From an uncultured Gammaproteobacteria bacterium (GTDB taxonomy: Bacteria; Patescibacteriota; Microgenomatia; CAYXHB01; CAZYTL01), in assembly GCA_964650355.1 (NCBI GenBank), contig CAZYTL010000004.1, positions 3,912-67,911 on the forward strand: a stretch of DNA of 64,000 nt, given 5' to 3'. Under the pieces are notes generated by a model, which saw only the letters and a program-made list of their open reading frames with translations, had not been told where the DNA came from and made no database searches. The position numbers and the translations under genes are program-made. Shown here in pieces: positions 18,620 to 28,808 of this stretch. The number at the start of each line of letters is the position of its first letter. Within the stretch, counting starts at the first letter, position 1.

Positions 18620-19442
18620 AACCCTCACCCACCACCTCATAAACTTCCCTATTGTCCGGCAAGCGATCTAATAAATCTTCGTCAATACCTACCTTCCCAA
18701 TCATCTCTCTAGCCTGTCGTTTAGTTAACTTTTTATCCCATACCAACCTAGCGTAAGTAATCAAACCCTCTCTTAATGAATTCTTTACTTTCCACCCTTC
18801 TCGCTGATACATGAATTGCCTTAAAAACAAGCTCAAATCCCTGGTATCTACCGGATCCGGCAATCTCGCCAATTCGATCACTACCGAATCTGTCCTTGGC
18901 ACAGGGTAAAATTTATCTTTAGGCACCTTAAACTTCTCCACCGGCACATAAAAACTTGCAAACACCGGATTTGTTTTTATTGAATCCAGAAACTTTTTCG
19001 CTACCAACAATATTGCCTTGTCATACTCCACAAACGCCAAATTATGCAACAACCATTCTCCAATCGAATACGGCAAATTAGACACTACTTTGTTATATTC
19101 TTTCTTCTTTCTAAACTTACCCCCTTGACGAACACCCTGATGCGCATCCTCAATATGCACCTCCACATTCTCTGGCAACCCGACCAAAATTGGCTCAAAT
19201 CTGCTATCAATTTCAAATGCAATTACTTTACCCGATTTCTTGGATAATTCTCTCGTTAAGTTTCCTACCCCGGCTCCTATCTCCAACACCACATCCTGAT
19301 GATTAAGTTCTGCCAAATCCGCTATTTTCCTTATAATGGATTCATCCCTGAGAAAAAACTGGTCCTTCAGTGGATCAGGCTCAATCCTAAATTTTCTTAG
19401 CAATGCTTCAAGATCCATATTCTCAATACCAACTGCCCTCAT
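18558..19442 (-). CDS. rsmA: 16S rRNA (adenine1518/1519-N6)-dimethyltransferase KsgA/RsmA
   Basis: QFFLRDESIIRKI, VLEIGAGVGNLT (SAM motif I) and VVSNLPYSI (NLPY motif IV). Confidence 0.7.
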   Translation of the reverse strand: MRAVGIENMDLEALLRKFRIEPDPLKDQFFLRDESIIRKIADLAELNHQDVVLEIGAGVGNLTRELSKKSGKVIAFEIDSRFEPILVGLPENVEVHIEDAHQGVRQGGKFRKKKEYNKVVSNLPYSIGEWLLHNLAFVEYDKAILLVAKKFLDSIKTNPVFASFYVPVEKFKVPKDKFYPVPRTDSVVIELARLPDPVDTRDLSLFLRQFMYQREGWKVKNSLREGLITYARLVWDKKLTKRQAREMIGKVGIDEDLLDRLPDNREVYEVVGEGFKDGELESSDANQPEEEEER

Positions 19443-19619
19443 CTCTCCAATTTTACCTTAACAGACACCGATCTGCCATCTTCTCAAGTCGTGTTCGTTG
19501 GCCCTCCCCAAAACGAATCTATTCCCCATCTTCCAGGTCAACTTCACAATTCCACTTGAAAAAAGGTATCTCAAGGCCTTAAAGTTAATCCCAGTTGCTT
19601 AATCACCCCATCTTTTTCC

Positions 19620-20807
19620 ATGCCTAAGCTCAATAAACTCACCAAAATCATTCTTTATATCTTAGTGGCTTTGATCCTCCGCTTCGTAGTTGTTGACCAA
19701 ATTTTGGAAAACGCCCAAACCTGGTGGTTGCAGGCCCTAGTTATCATTTTAGTCTTTAGCGTAGGCATCGGCTACGTCTTCCTCAACACTGCCAACGTTA
19801 TCGAAGAAACCACCGACGTCCTCAAAGATCGCACCAAATTGGCTGGTGGATTCCTTCAATCTTTCGGCACCGCCTTCCCTGATATGGTCATCGGCGTCGT
19901 TGCCGCCTACATTTCCTTACAGGTAAGAAACACCGACTACGTCCGTGCTATTAACCTGGCTATCATTGCCGCCGCCACCACCTTCGGCTCCAACATCTAC
20001 AACATCCTCCACGCCACCTGGTGCATCTATCGTCAAAACCTGGCCAACGCCGTTCACCACTCCACCTCCATGTTTCCTCCCTTCAAAGCCGGTGGCAGCT
20101 TAATTCCCTTTGAAGATCACCATCTTAAACCCTCCCTTGCCGAGATGGATAATTCCATCCGCATCTTAACCGCCTTAACTCTGCTCACTGCTTTTGTAGC
20201 CATCAGCATGGTCTTGTTCGGCCAGGTCAAAGGAGTTGAAGACCAAATCGCCGGCGATCTCTACCAACTGATCGCTCCTGTAGGCGCGATCCTTTTTGTC
20301 CTTTGCGTTGGTATCCTCTACTACTTCCGCAATAGTCAGCGGCCGGAATCTCCGGTCAAGGAGATCGTCAAAGAAGAACGGTATTATGATCATCAATCCT
20401 CTTCGCGTATTTGGCTAGATCTCATCTTATCCGGCATCGCCATCCTCTTCACCGCCGAAAGCATGGTCAGAACCATGGAAGCCTTTTCTCACCTCACCCA
20501 TATTCCCTTTGTCGTCACCGGTATCATGGCCGGACTGATCGGTTGTTTTGGTGAAATGATTGTCGTCCACAACTTCTCCGTTCACCCCAAGGGCCGCATC
20601 GGCGACGCTATAGTCGGCGTTGCCATGGACAATATCGTTACCACCCTCGGTGCCGCCATCGTCGCTATCATGGGCGGCATCTTCTTGGGCAGCAACTCGC
20701 TCATCCTCATCTTCATCATCATCTTAGCCTCTAACACCCTCCTAGTAGAACAAATCTCCAAGCTGAAAAACAGCCTCGCCACTATCAAAACAAAATCAGT
20801 TCCCTAA
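19620..20807 (+). CDS. CaCA-family Na+/Ca2+ exchanger-like membrane protein
   Basis: Two alpha-repeat regions (GTAFPDMVIGVVAAY... and AMDNIVTTLGAAIVA) in a 10-TM protein. Confidence 0.6.
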   Translation: MPKLNKLTKIILYILVALILRFVVVDQILENAQTWWLQALVIILVFSVGIGYVFLNTANVIEETTDVLKDRTKLAGGFLQSFGTAFPDMVIGVVAAYISLQVRNTDYVRAINLAIIAAATTFGSNIYNILHATWCIYRQNLANAVHHSTSMFPPFKAGGSLIPFEDHHLKPSLAEMDNSIRILTALTLLTAFVAISMVLFGQVKGVEDQIAGDLYQLIAPVGAILFVLCVGILYYFRNSQRPESPVKEIVKEERYYDHQSSSRIWLDLILSGIAILFTAESMVRTMEAFSHLTHIPFVVTGIMAGLIGCFGEMIVVHNFSVHPKGRIGDAIVGVAMDNIVTTLGAAIVAIMGGIFLGSNSLILIFIIILASNTLLVEQISKLKNSLATIKTKSVP

Positions 20808-21011
20808 ACTTGACGTCACATTCTAGCTATACTTCCCCTAGCCATCCTATTTCCTTCCTCATCTTTAATCTTTCTCAAACCTCTCATTCCATTGTCAATT
20901 CCGTAATATTACACGGCAATTTAGCTCCTATAAATACCTCCAAGACATAAGATATTTCCGATTCCAATTATCTTTCCCTTAATGTTATAGGGTAAACAAC
21001 CATCCTATTTT

Positions 21012-21467
21012 TCAAATATCATCGAGTCTCTTACTATAAATCATTGGTCCTGAAAAAAAATCTTCAGCCACAAAACTCACCAAATTAGGGGCAACACTCA
21101 GTCCTTCACCACTGAGACAAACATCTCCTCTTGTACTAAACCCCTGTCTTACTAGTCTTGTTCTCCTTTCATCTCCTGCTGGTAATTCTCCCTTTCTGGT
21201 TACTTCACTTTCTCCTTCCAAAACGGCCAAAACGACCACCGGGTTTATCCGCAGTTGTCCTGCTTTTGGATGATCATTTTCATATCTATCCGGTAACCTG
21301 TAACACTTACATGCCCTCACATGGATCTTAGTCGCATGGTCAGATCCACTCTTCATCTTAGGTACTCCGTCCATCACTATTCTCTCTAACAGGGAACACT
21401 GTGCACACCACGGTGAAGGTGCCATCGCTTCGATGCCTCGTATTTCTATTTTCTGTAGCTCACTCAT
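21012..21467 (-). CDS. Cys-containing hypothetical protein (~150 aa from internal Met MSELQKIEIRG...)
   Basis: CAQC and CKC motifs. The track start at 21539 overlaps the upstream gene, so the internal ATG is more plausible. Confidence 0.4.
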   Translation of the reverse strand: MSELQKIEIRGIEAMAPSPWCAQCSLLERIVMDGVPKMKSGSDHATKIHVRACKCYRLPDRYENDHPKAGQLRINPVVVLAVLEGESEVTRKGELPAGDERRTRLVRQGFSTRGDVCLSGEGLSVAPNLVSFVAEDFFSGPMIYSKRLDDI

Positions 21468-21519
21468 GGGTATTATTATACAATAATAAACTATAGGGTC
21501 AATGATCAATAAATAATTA

Positions 21520-23613
21520 CTACTTAAAATCCAACACAAATAACTTTCCGTCCACCACCCGGGTTTCAGCCGATAGAGAAAAACTCGCCGCCAAAAAACT
21601 CTCCTTAGTATTCTTATTCAAAATATATAACTGTTTTTCAGACCCTTGCCTATTCATAAAATACCACCTTTGACTATCTTCAAATAAATACTCCGCCGCT
21701 GGTAAAGAAAGCATCTGATGATAACCCGGAGTTGGACTTAACCCGATAACTTTCTCATTAGCCTTAACCGGTACCATATTCGCCACTGAATATTCCTCAT
21801 TGGTTCGCTCTAAACTATAAATAACCCCACTGGATCTTGGGCGGGCCACCGTCAGCCTGTCTTTATTAACTTCCAAAATCCGTGCTGATCGATCTGCCAT
21901 CAAACTCCGCTCGGCTAGCATTTCTTGTTTATCCACCACCCCATTTTCGACTGAATAAACAGTTATTTTGCTCGGCCTAGGAGCAGGCAGCACTTCATTA
22001 TAATCTCTCCCCAACACCAAAAACTTCCCTTTCCTATCAGCATACAGCAACCGGCTGATTTCCTCGTTGCAATACTTATTTCCTTCGTCTGTCACTGTCG
22101 CCATCTCCACTTTACTCCCGGAGACTAAATCTACCCGATAAAACTGTTCACGATTGCACGGTTCAGCATTATCAGTAGCAAAAGACTTGGAAACCAACAA
22201 CTTATGACCGTTATCGTCATATCCGTACAAATGAAAGAACCCTTCTATTTCTTCCTCATACAAAATCTTTGACTGTACCACGCCGGCGTTAGTCTCCAAA
22301 TCATTAAAATTTAGTTCGTGGACAAAAAACTGCTCTGTCCTAATGCTATAGTTCCGGATTAACCTTTCTGAAATCACCTTTGAAGTTACAAACAAAATTT
22401 TGCTTCCGTCATCCGATCTCCAAAAATCGTATAAAAACTCATCTTTATCAAAATATTGGGGATCCAAATTCCCTACTAAGCTTGACTGCCCTGCGCTCAT
22501 CTCATGCTCATACAACTGATTACCCACAATGTAATAAACCTTATCAGCGGTGATATTTACCCCCGACAAATCATAATATACGTCCTTCCCCGTATCAAAA
22601 CTGGTAACTCGCTCTCCCAAATTAGAATAAACCGTCACCATTCCCGCCTTTTTAGTCGTCAACACCTGATTAATCGAATTTACAATATCGTTCGACTGAG
22701 AATTCGTTGGCTGATTGGTATAACTAATCCCGTTCACTTGATACGCTTTAAAGGGCAGGAATGAATCATTCACCGACCGGTCGTAACTTCCCATCACCAA
22801 AAACGAATTTTCATTCGTATCCAAAGCGTTGCAATACAAATCAGTGGGGGTCAACTCATGACAAACCCTTCCCGCATGCCCTTCACAAATCTCCAATCCA
22901 TTAGGACAACTCGACACTGCTCCTTCAACACCTTTAATCTTGCCATAAATACTGTAATAAACCATCTTTTCTTTTTCTCCTGGTAGACTGAAAATTGCAT
23001 CCGGAGTTATCTTTACGCGATAACCTCCCGGCTTACACACCTCCGGATTTGCCATCGCAAAATCCGACTGTGTACACCGCGCTCTGTCCTGAATTACCAC
23101 TATTCCCCGCACTACTACCTGGCTCCCAAACGGAATCTGATGCGCTACTTCTTCCGAGACCCCATACCCATTCAATTCCACTCCCCTAAACCTTAAATCC
23201 TGTATATAAATCGGATTTGGAGCTAAAGAATTATCTGACCTAAACAAATAACCCACTCCCGGTGTCAACATTGTCTCTTCCACATAACCTGTTAGCTGCA
23301 CCTCCTCACCCTCACATAAATTTCCCTCGGTAATCTTACAAAAGTCGCCTCCACGCACCAACCCGTTGCTTACCTGGTTACCCCAACCCAACCACTTCCA
23401 TCCCTGTCCCTGAGTTCCTAACCTCATTACCACTACCACTAACCCGAATAACGCTGCCAACAGCCAAATCCACATCACCGGCCTATCAAAAACAGCTCTC
23501 TCCCCTTTTAACCCCACCCGCCCATTTACCACTACCTTGTCTCTCTCTCCCTGCTTCTCGACCATCATGTCCCTTTCCTCCATACCTACTTTCAGAATAC
23601 CTGTAAACCACAT
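21520..23613 (-). CDS. N-terminally anchored large extracellular protein (697 aa), beta-rich repeats
   Basis: Short cytoplasmic N-terminus, one TM (VMWIWLLAALFGLVVVVM), then a Cys-containing extracytoplasmic region. Lies 23 nt downstream of the regulator gene. Confidence 0.6.
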   Translation of the reverse strand: MWFTGILKVGMEERDMMVEKQGERDKVVVNGRVGLKGERAVFDRPVMWIWLLAALFGLVVVVMRLGTQGQGWKWLGWGNQVSNGLVRGGDFCKITEGNLCEGEEVQLTGYVEETMLTPGVGYLFRSDNSLAPNPIYIQDLRFRGVELNGYGVSEEVAHQIPFGSQVVVRGIVVIQDRARCTQSDFAMANPEVCKPGGYRVKITPDAIFSLPGEKEKMVYYSIYGKIKGVEGAVSSCPNGLEICEGHAGRVCHELTPTDLYCNALDTNENSFLVMGSYDRSVNDSFLPFKAYQVNGISYTNQPTNSQSNDIVNSINQVLTTKKAGMVTVYSNLGERVTSFDTGKDVYYDLSGVNITADKVYYIVGNQLYEHEMSAGQSSLVGNLDPQYFDKDEFLYDFWRSDDGSKILFVTSKVISERLIRNYSIRTEQFFVHELNFNDLETNAGVVQSKILYEEEIEGFFHLYGYDDNGHKLLVSKSFATDNAEPCNREQFYRVDLVSGSKVEMATVTDEGNKYCNEEISRLLYADRKGKFLVLGRDYNEVLPAPRPSKITVYSVENGVVDKQEMLAERSLMADRSARILEVNKDRLTVARPRSSGVIYSLERTNEEYSVANMVPVKANEKVIGLSPTPGYHQMLSLPAAEYLFEDSQRWYFMNRQGSEKQLYILNKNTKESFLAASFSLSAETRVVDGKLFVLDFK

Positions 23614-23636
23614 CTCTCATCAAGTGAACCATCGTC

Positions 23637-24833
23637 TCAAACCCTGTCTGCCGTTAAATCAAACTTAAACCCCTTCCTTTTCACCGTCTTTAAACTCTTT
23701 TGCGCCACATTTAACCGTGATAACTTTTTCCTTAATCGGGTAATTATCTGATCCAGTGCCCAGTCAGAATAATCCCCTTCCTTTCCCTCTCCCCAAATCT
23801 CCTTTGCCAACTGCTGTCGACTCACCACCACCCCTTGATTCTTCAGCAAATATACCAAAACCGTCTTCTCCTTCGTCGAAAAGTGGCTACTCACATTCAC
23901 TCCATTCAACACCACCATCGAGTCATCCGTTACCTGCATCTTCACTGGAGTTTCCAACTTAACAATAAAATCTTCTAAAATCGGAACTTGTAAAGCATAC
24001 CCGTTTTTCGTCCTCTCCAGCACCTGAATCTTCCTCAAAAAATTTAATGAATGCCTTTCCGTCTTAGAAAAATCCGCTTGCCCCTTTACCACTTTTAATA
24101 TCACCGCTTTCTCACTGGGCAAAAACCTCTCCCACGTCACCTCCAACTTAATCTTCATATCTTCTGTTTGGAGTAATTCTCTTACAAAGAAGCCTGGATT
24201 ATTCCTAAACGTCCTCATTGCCTGCACCACCAGCCAAAAATAACCTCCACAGTTATTAACTATCATCTGTCTCACCCTATTAGACGGATTCACCTTCCAC
24301 TTATAACTTAAATAAGTAATCAATTGCTCACTATCCTCTCTACCATAAAGAGGGAAAAAAATTGTATTCATCAAAAAAATGTTGTACTGACTTATAATCG
24401 GCCAATAGTCAGGATGCGTATAATCCGTGTTAAAAAATAATAAATACGACCAATGATTTTTCACTTTTAATTCCGCCAAATCGTGTAAGATATCCAGTCT
24501 CTTTTCCTTCAGCAGCACATCTGCCCCCAAAACAAAATATACCGTTTTGGACGATCTTACTTCGTTCGTTTGTCCGGAAAACAGTAACTTCCTTAAATCA
24601 TGTTCATCCTCAAGCGGAGAAGCCTCTAAATCAATTACTTTGACCTCAATACCCTCGCTTTTGAAATATTTCTCCACTAACTGCTCATCTTCCATCAACT
24701 GTTGAATTCTCCTCCAGGCATTATGTTTAGAATTCATATAAATACAGGCAGACTCCTCATATTTAGCCACTTGAGCCCACTGCTCTACCATTGAATTAAA
24801 AGTTTTTTTCGTAATCCTGACTGGTTTCTCCAT
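23637..24833 (-). CDS. transcriptional regulator with C-terminal OmpR/PhoB-type winged-helix domain and unknown N-terminal ~300-aa domain
   Basis: C-terminus ...TKEKTVLVYLLKNQGVVVSRQQLAKEIWGEG...DQIITRLRKKL...KTVKRKGFKF matches Trans_reg_C. No receiver-domain or Walker motifs in the N-terminus. Confidence 0.6.
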   Translation of the reverse strand: MEKPVRITKKTFNSMVEQWAQVAKYEESACIYMNSKHNAWRRIQQLMEDEQLVEKYFKSEGIEVKVIDLEASPLEDEHDLRKLLFSGQTNEVRSSKTVYFVLGADVLLKEKRLDILHDLAELKVKNHWSYLLFFNTDYTHPDYWPIISQYNIFLMNTIFFPLYGREDSEQLITYLSYKWKVNPSNRVRQMIVNNCGGYFWLVVQAMRTFRNNPGFFVRELLQTEDMKIKLEVTWERFLPSEKAVILKVVKGQADFSKTERHSLNFLRKIQVLERTKNGYALQVPILEDFIVKLETPVKMQVTDDSMVVLNGVNVSSHFSTKEKTVLVYLLKNQGVVVSRQQLAKEIWGEGKEGDYSDWALDQIITRLRKKLSRLNVAQKSLKTVKRKGFKFDLTADRV

Positions 24834-24973
24834 AATTCTGACAAATTACCATAACAAACACCCATTATTATAGCATAGTTCAGCCCTAATTGATAATTTA
24901 CTATCAGAAATTCTATCAAGCAAATCCCAGCTAAACAAACTACCATACACCCATATTAATTCCAACCACATCT

Positions 24974-25456
24974 ATGAATATCGCCTTATTTCCGGGAAGA
25001 TTTCAACCTTTCCATCTTGGGCATCTCTCCACCATTAAATATATCTTAAATGAAAACCATCTAGTGATTATTGCCATCAGGGACTGCTTTCTCAACAAAA
25101 AAAACCCCTTCTCCGCCCAAGAACGGGGTTGGATAATCGCCCAATCATTAGTTGAAAACCAAATTGACATTACCAGATGCACCATCTCTACTATTCCTGA
25201 CATTAATCCAGATTGGATTAATCAAATAAAAAAACGTCATCATTTTGATAAGGTCTATACCGGTAATCCTAAAATCAAGCGCATCTTCAAAAACAGTTCT
25301 TATCCAGTCGTTCGCATCGATAAAAAGTATCAAGATGGAGACTACTCTGCCACAGAAATCAGAAACCGTTTGCGCAAAAACAAGGACCTCACCGCTTTTA
25401 TTTCTCCTCAAGCCAACAAACTCATCCACCAAATATACTTCCGCCAATTCACCTAA
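24974..25456 (+). CDS. nadM: nicotinamide-nucleotide adenylyltransferase, archaeal NadM-type (cytidylyltransferase fold)
   Basis: FPGRFQPFHLGH (HxGH) and a C-terminal ISxT-like SATEIR motif. 160 aa. Confidence 0.65.
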   Translation: MNIALFPGRFQPFHLGHLSTIKYILNENHLVIIAIRDCFLNKKNPFSAQERGWIIAQSLVENQIDITRCTISTIPDINPDWINQIKKRHHFDKVYTGNPKIKRIFKNSSYPVVRIDKKYQDGDYSATEIRNRLRKNKDLTAFISPQANKLIHQIYFRQFT

Positions 25457-25501
25457 TCAATCTTCCCCCCTTCAATAGACATCTAAATCAATTGATGAGC
25501 A

Positions 25502-26292
25502 TCATTCGACATCCAAAATCCTCAGCCGTCCTTCCACCTCTCCTTCCTTAACTTTGTTAACAAATCCCGTCAAATCTCCAACTAATTTTTCCTTCAGTTC
25601 ATCTTTATTTAATCTTGCGCTCCTCATATTAACGTGCATCACCGGATATCTATTTTTGTGTGCCAATTTCAGCACGTCGGCTACTCTAGACTTCCACTTT
25701 TTCCACTCACTAGCAGCATCATATTCACCTTCAAAATCAATTTTTCCCCTTAATTGCTCTCTTTCAGGTATCACTTGCATCCATTCTGGTGAAGTAGGAG
25801 CCAATAATATTATTCCCGCTGGTGGATGGTGCTTCATCATAAACTCCAGATCTAATTCAGAGTAAGGCCCGCCAGACATTAAAACTACCGAATCAGAGCT
25901 GCAAGTATTTAAATAGTCCTGTAATAACCAATCAGCCACTTCTTGAGGAATCGGCTCGTGATTCTGATAACAGTTTTCAATCTCATCTACCAACGCCTTC
26001 CCTCTGATTACATTTGATTTTACATCTTCACCCTCAATTCCAGCCTCCGTTATCTTTTGGATAAACATCTCTCTTTTTTTCTCTTATCTTCTGGTCCATC
26101 TCCGGATTTACCAATCAAATTTTCTTCTAAATATCTTCCTATGGAAAAAACATGTACGTTACCAGCTAACTCCTCTTTTAATGCCTGAATAACCGTGTCC
26201 TTACCTATCGCATGTGGTCCAATTACTCCAATTACGGTGGGCTCCTTTTTCTCTACCTCCGGACTGACGAGAGACTCGAATGATTCCACCAT
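25502..26292 (-). CDS. P-loop nucleoside/nucleotide-kinase-like protein apparently split by a frameshift (ORFs 26050..26292 and 25502..26068)
   Basis: The N-terminal ORF has VIGVIGPHAIGKDT (Walker-A-like, with D at the S/T position). The ORFs overlap at a T7 homopolymer (~26073-26079). Confidence 0.4.
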
Positions 26293-26294
26293 GC

Positions 26295-26765
26295 TTAGAC
26301 AATCTCAATAATCTCCAACTTCTCATTAAACTTATGATAAGTAAACACCACCTCATTATTCCCCTCATCAGTTGCCAACTGGAGATGCCTCTTCAAATCA
26401 GGATATAGTTTAGGATCATCTATTGCCTCACCTAAAGGCATCCACATCGGTTTCCCTTCCTCTGACTCTTTTAACTCTCCCTTAAACTTCTTGGCCACAA
26501 AGATGAACACCAAGTAAAGCCTCTCCCTATAATAATGATTATGCGTCGCCACGATCCTTAACTCAGGATCAATCGCCTGAATTCCCGTCTCCTCATACGT
26601 CTCCCTCACTGCTGCCCGCAGCGGAGTTTCATCCACCTCTTGCTTACCACCCGGTAACATCAACCAACCAGGAAAATCTTTCAAGTCATTACTTCTCTTT
26701 ATTACCAACAGTTTTCCATCATTGATAATCAGCATATTGGTCGTCGACACAAAATCGTAAGCCAT
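26295..26765 (-). CDS. NUDIX hydrolase
   Basis: Nudix box GGKQEVDETPLRAAVRETYEETGI. Confidence 0.8.
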   Translation of the reverse strand: MAYDFVSTTNMLIINDGKLLVIKRSNDLKDFPGWLMLPGGKQEVDETPLRAAVRETYEETGIQAIDPELRIVATHNHYYRERLYLVFIFVAKKFKGELKESEEGKPMWMPLGEAIDDPKLYPDLKRHLQLATDEGNNEVVFTYHKFNEKLEIIEIV

Positions 26766-26832
26766 GTCCTAATTATATAACACCCTAAAATAAGCTTACT
26801 TTCTCTTCAGTCTCATATAGATGCATTTTGCC

Positions 26833-27363
26833 TCAAGACCTGCTGTCCATTCTGGCCAGTGACGGGTAAAATAACCTTTTTTTTCCCCTCGTGATATCAA
26901 GTTTCCATTCCCACTTTTTATAAATTTCAATTGCCCTTGTATTGTGAGTATAAATATCCAAAATAAGGTCTTTGTTTACTGCAAATTCTAATGCGAGCTC
27001 ATATAACTTTTTGCCGATCCCTAAGTTTTGGTATTCGGGTGCCACATAAAAGCCGGTCAACTCACATTCGTCTTTAGCTTGATGAATACAAGTAATTGAA
27101 CCAACCATCTTAGAATTCGTAAAAGCAAGCCAGGTTCTCTGTTTCTTATTGTTAATCAGATGCGATTTAAGATAGTCTTGGGTACTTTCCGAAACAAAAA
27201 CCTTTCTTGAAAAGCAGTCTTTCGTTAATCCCAAAGAATCTTCTGTATATGCATCAGTATACGTTCTTTGCAGTAAATCCGTATATTCCTGAAGATCTTT
27301 TAGCGTAGACAATCTCATCAAAATCTTCATCTCGCCAGCGACAAAACGAACAGGCTCAGACAT
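26833..27363 (-). CDS. GNAT family N-acetyltransferase
   Basis: Motif A GFYVAPEYQNLGIGKKLYE. Confidence 0.75.
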   Translation of the reverse strand: MSEPVRFVAGEMKILMRLSTLKDLQEYTDLLQRTYTDAYTEDSLGLTKDCFSRKVFVSESTQDYLKSHLINNKKQRTWLAFTNSKMVGSITCIHQAKDECELTGFYVAPEYQNLGIGKKLYELALEFAVNKDLILDIYTHNTRAIEIYKKWEWKLDITRGKKRLFYPSLARMDSRS

Positions 27364-27410
27364 AAGTACATTTTAACAAAATCTCCTCACGACTAATAAA
27401 TCACAATGGT

Positions 27411-27468
27411 ATCTCCCTCTCCAGCAAATCCTCAAAACATGGAATTCAGTTGCTCATCGCTAATCGCC
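27411..27468. repeat. ~58-bp repeated upstream element, copy 1 (upstream of the GNAT gene)
   Basis: atct(c/t)cctctccagcaaatcctcaaa(ac/-t)atg... shared with 28721-28776. Confidence 0.5.
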
Positions 27469-27521
27469 AGCAAGATCAACCGGCAACATAAACTCGTTCA
27501 ACATTCAACCCCCATCTCTTC

Positions 27522-28595
27522 CTAAGCTTGGTTTAGAATCTCTCTATATAATTTTTCATGCTCATCAATTACTCGCTCTATCGAGAACAAATCAACCACC
27601 CGCTGGTGACAATCCGCTCTATCAATCTGATCAATATCCTTAACTGCCTTAATCATCTCTTCAAAGCTATTAACCACAAAACCAGTCTTCTTATGTTCAA
27701 CCAATTCAGGAGCCGACCCTCTATCATAAGTAATCACCGGTGTACCACAACACTGTGACTCAGCCATCACGTACCCAAATGCTTCCGCCCAATGGATAGG
27801 ATTAATAAAAGCTTTGGCATTGCGAAATAACTTAGCTACCTGTTTCCTCGTCGCTTCTCCGTAATAAACAATTTGCTTATTATCAACCTGGGGTTTAATT
27901 TTCTCTTGCCAATACTTAAACCATATTGAATTCTGCTTATCTATCGGTCCGGCTAGAATCAATTTCTCATTCACCGCTTTAGCTAGCTTTATGGCTTCAT
28001 GTGTACCCTTTTCTGGTCTGATCTTTCCTATCCAAACTAAATAATCACCTTTACGGGGGTTATATGGATACTCATCAATATAAACTCCATGATAGATATT
28101 AGCTACCCAATTTAACGAATTCCAGCCCTTTCTCTGTCTATAACTAATTGACACAAAATTGTTATGAGGAAATCTCTTTAGCAACAATCTTTTTTCTTTA
28201 TCAACTGCTTTCGTAGTCGGGAGAACACTATGAGTTGTAAAAACTGTCTTTGTCTTTGTTAGCTCTGGCAGAGGCAAAGACAAATAATCTTGATATAAAC
28301 ACAGAGGCAAATGAATAATATCAAACTCTTCCCTCTTGAGAAAAGCACTTATAAAGTTTAAATAAGGATAAGTCACGTTGCTCCAGGGAATCCCGGCTCT
28401 CCAAATCGGTTTGGGATAAACAGAAACTAACTTAGCCTTGGTTTTTGCCGTCCCAGCCGCAAATAAAGGCACCTCATGTCCTCTTGCTAATAACCCTTCT
28501 GTGAGCATAGATACACTCGCCTCAACTCCCCCATATTTAGGCGGCGGGATCCTTTCCCACATCGGACCAACTTGAGCAATTCTTAACCTTTTCAT
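27522..28595 (-). CDS. GT4 family glycosyltransferase (Glycos_transf_1)
   Basis: N-terminal GGVE motif (PPKYGGVEASV) and C-terminal E-x7-E region (WAEAFGYVMAES...TPVI). Confidence 0.8.
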   Translation of the reverse strand: MKRLRIAQVGPMWERIPPPKYGGVEASVSMLTEGLLARGHEVPLFAAGTAKTKAKLVSVYPKPIWRAGIPWSNVTYPYLNFISAFLKREEFDIIHLPLCLYQDYLSLPLPELTKTKTVFTTHSVLPTTKAVDKEKRLLLKRFPHNNFVSISYRQRKGWNSLNWVANIYHGVYIDEYPYNPRKGDYLVWIGKIRPEKGTHEAIKLAKAVNEKLILAGPIDKQNSIWFKYWQEKIKPQVDNKQIVYYGEATRKQVAKLFRNAKAFINPIHWAEAFGYVMAESQCCGTPVITYDRGSAPELVEHKKTGFVVNSFEEMIKAVKDIDQIDRADCHQRVVDLFSIERVIDEHEKLYREILNQA

Positions 28596-28720
28596 ATCGG
28601 AATTTATTTGCTCGTTATTTTAATAGAATTAGCAAACGCACACAACCAGAAATTGGCTACCTATAGGACCTTAAATTCAAACTGCTCTCCATATTTTCTA
28701 CCCTAAACCTAATTTACGCT

Positions 28721-28776
28721 ATCTTCCTCTCCAGCAAATCCTCAAATATGACCTTCAACTGGTCAACATTAATTGC
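28721..28776. repeat. ~58-bp repeated upstream element, copy 2 (upstream of the GT4 gene)
   Basis: Same orientation as copy 1. About 75-88% identity, depending on the span compared. Confidence 0.5.
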
Positions 28777-28808
28777 ATTCCGCACAAAACAAGTTTTAGA
28801 ATCATCTT

